Assembly: GCA_024641745.1 (NCBI GenBank)
Contig: JAHECL010000003.1
Span: 1-56,823 of the forward strand
Source of the DNA: Gemmatimonadota bacterium
GTDB taxonomy: Bacteria; Gemmatimonadota; Gemmatimonadetes; Gemmatimonadales; GWC2-71-9
Direction of reading: 5' to 3'
Length of the DNA stretch: 56,823 bases
The notes below the pieces were generated by a model. That model had not been told where the DNA came from, made no database searches, and worked only from the letters and a program-made list of their open reading frames with translations. A program made the position numbers and the translations under genes. Positions 56,452 to 56,823 of this stretch are shown piece after piece. Position 1 is the stretch's first letter, and each line of letters opens with the position of its first letter.

Positions 56452-56823
56452 ATGCGACGCACCACCCTCCTCCTTGCCTGCACCGTGGCGTTCTCCCTGC
56501 CTGCCGCGGCGCAGCAGCCGGATGCCGCCCGCACCCTGGTGCACGCCGGCCGGCTCATCGACGGCACCGGCGCCCCCGTGCGCACCGACCAGGGCATTCT
56601 CATTGAGGCCGGCCGGATCACCGCCGTCGGCCCATGGGGAGCGCTCGCCTCCCGCGCCGACGGGGCGGCCCTCATCGACCTCAGCCGGCAGACGGTGCTC
56701 CCCGGCCTGATCGACGCCCACACCCACCTCCTCCTGCAGGGCGACATCACCGCCGCCGAGTACGACGACCAGGTGCTGAAGGAGTCGACTCCCTACCGGA
56801 CCATCCGGGCGGTGGCGGCGGGC
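56452..56823 (+). CDS. Secreted amidohydrolase-family protein (truncated by window edge)
   Basis: MRRTTLLLACTVAFSLPAAA-QQ, HAGRLIDGTG, DLS..TVLPGLIDAHTH (HxH metal motif). Confidence 0.88.
   Translation, partial: MRRTTLLLACTVAFSLPAAAQQPDAARTLVHAGRLIDGTGAPVRTDQGILIEAGRITAVGPWGALASRADGAALIDLSRQTVLPGLIDAHTHLLLQGDITAAEYDDQVLKESTPYRTIRAVAAG

Overview
GC-rich (roughly 70%) chromosomal segment. The gene complement looks like Gemmatimonadota, which is my inference from protein families, not a database result. It holds about 45 genes, mostly for envelope biogenesis and housekeeping. I saw no rRNA, tRNA, CRISPR array or mobile element. Four things stand out. (1) Type IX secretion (T9SS)-like parts apparently outside Bacteroidota: a full-length SprA/Sov translocon, plus a 5-gene operon of TonB-dependent transporter, 1317-aa protein with a T9SS-like C-terminal sorting domain, dedicated PorV-like barrel, GWxTD protein and lipoprotein. 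No SusD and no PorKLMN motor genes lie in the window. (2) A glutaminyl-cyclase-like M28 lipoprotein is translationally coupled to sprA, and 8 of 9 predicted signal-peptidase-I substrates here begin with Gln. (3) A GEMM-I riboswitch carries the A20 base typical of 3',3'-cGAMP sensors. It sits behind a sigma54-type promoter and ahead of a terminator, a STAS anti-anti-sigma gene, a receiver protein and ccmABCD. (4) A 9-gene operon led by an ECF sigma/zinc anti-sigma pair ends in an ACP-less, CLF-less ketosynthase plus SRPBCC cyclase, methyltransferase, FAD oxidoreductase and flavin reductase, a candidate small polyketide or redox-lipid pathway. All calls come from reading motifs by eye and need HMM/CM confirmation.
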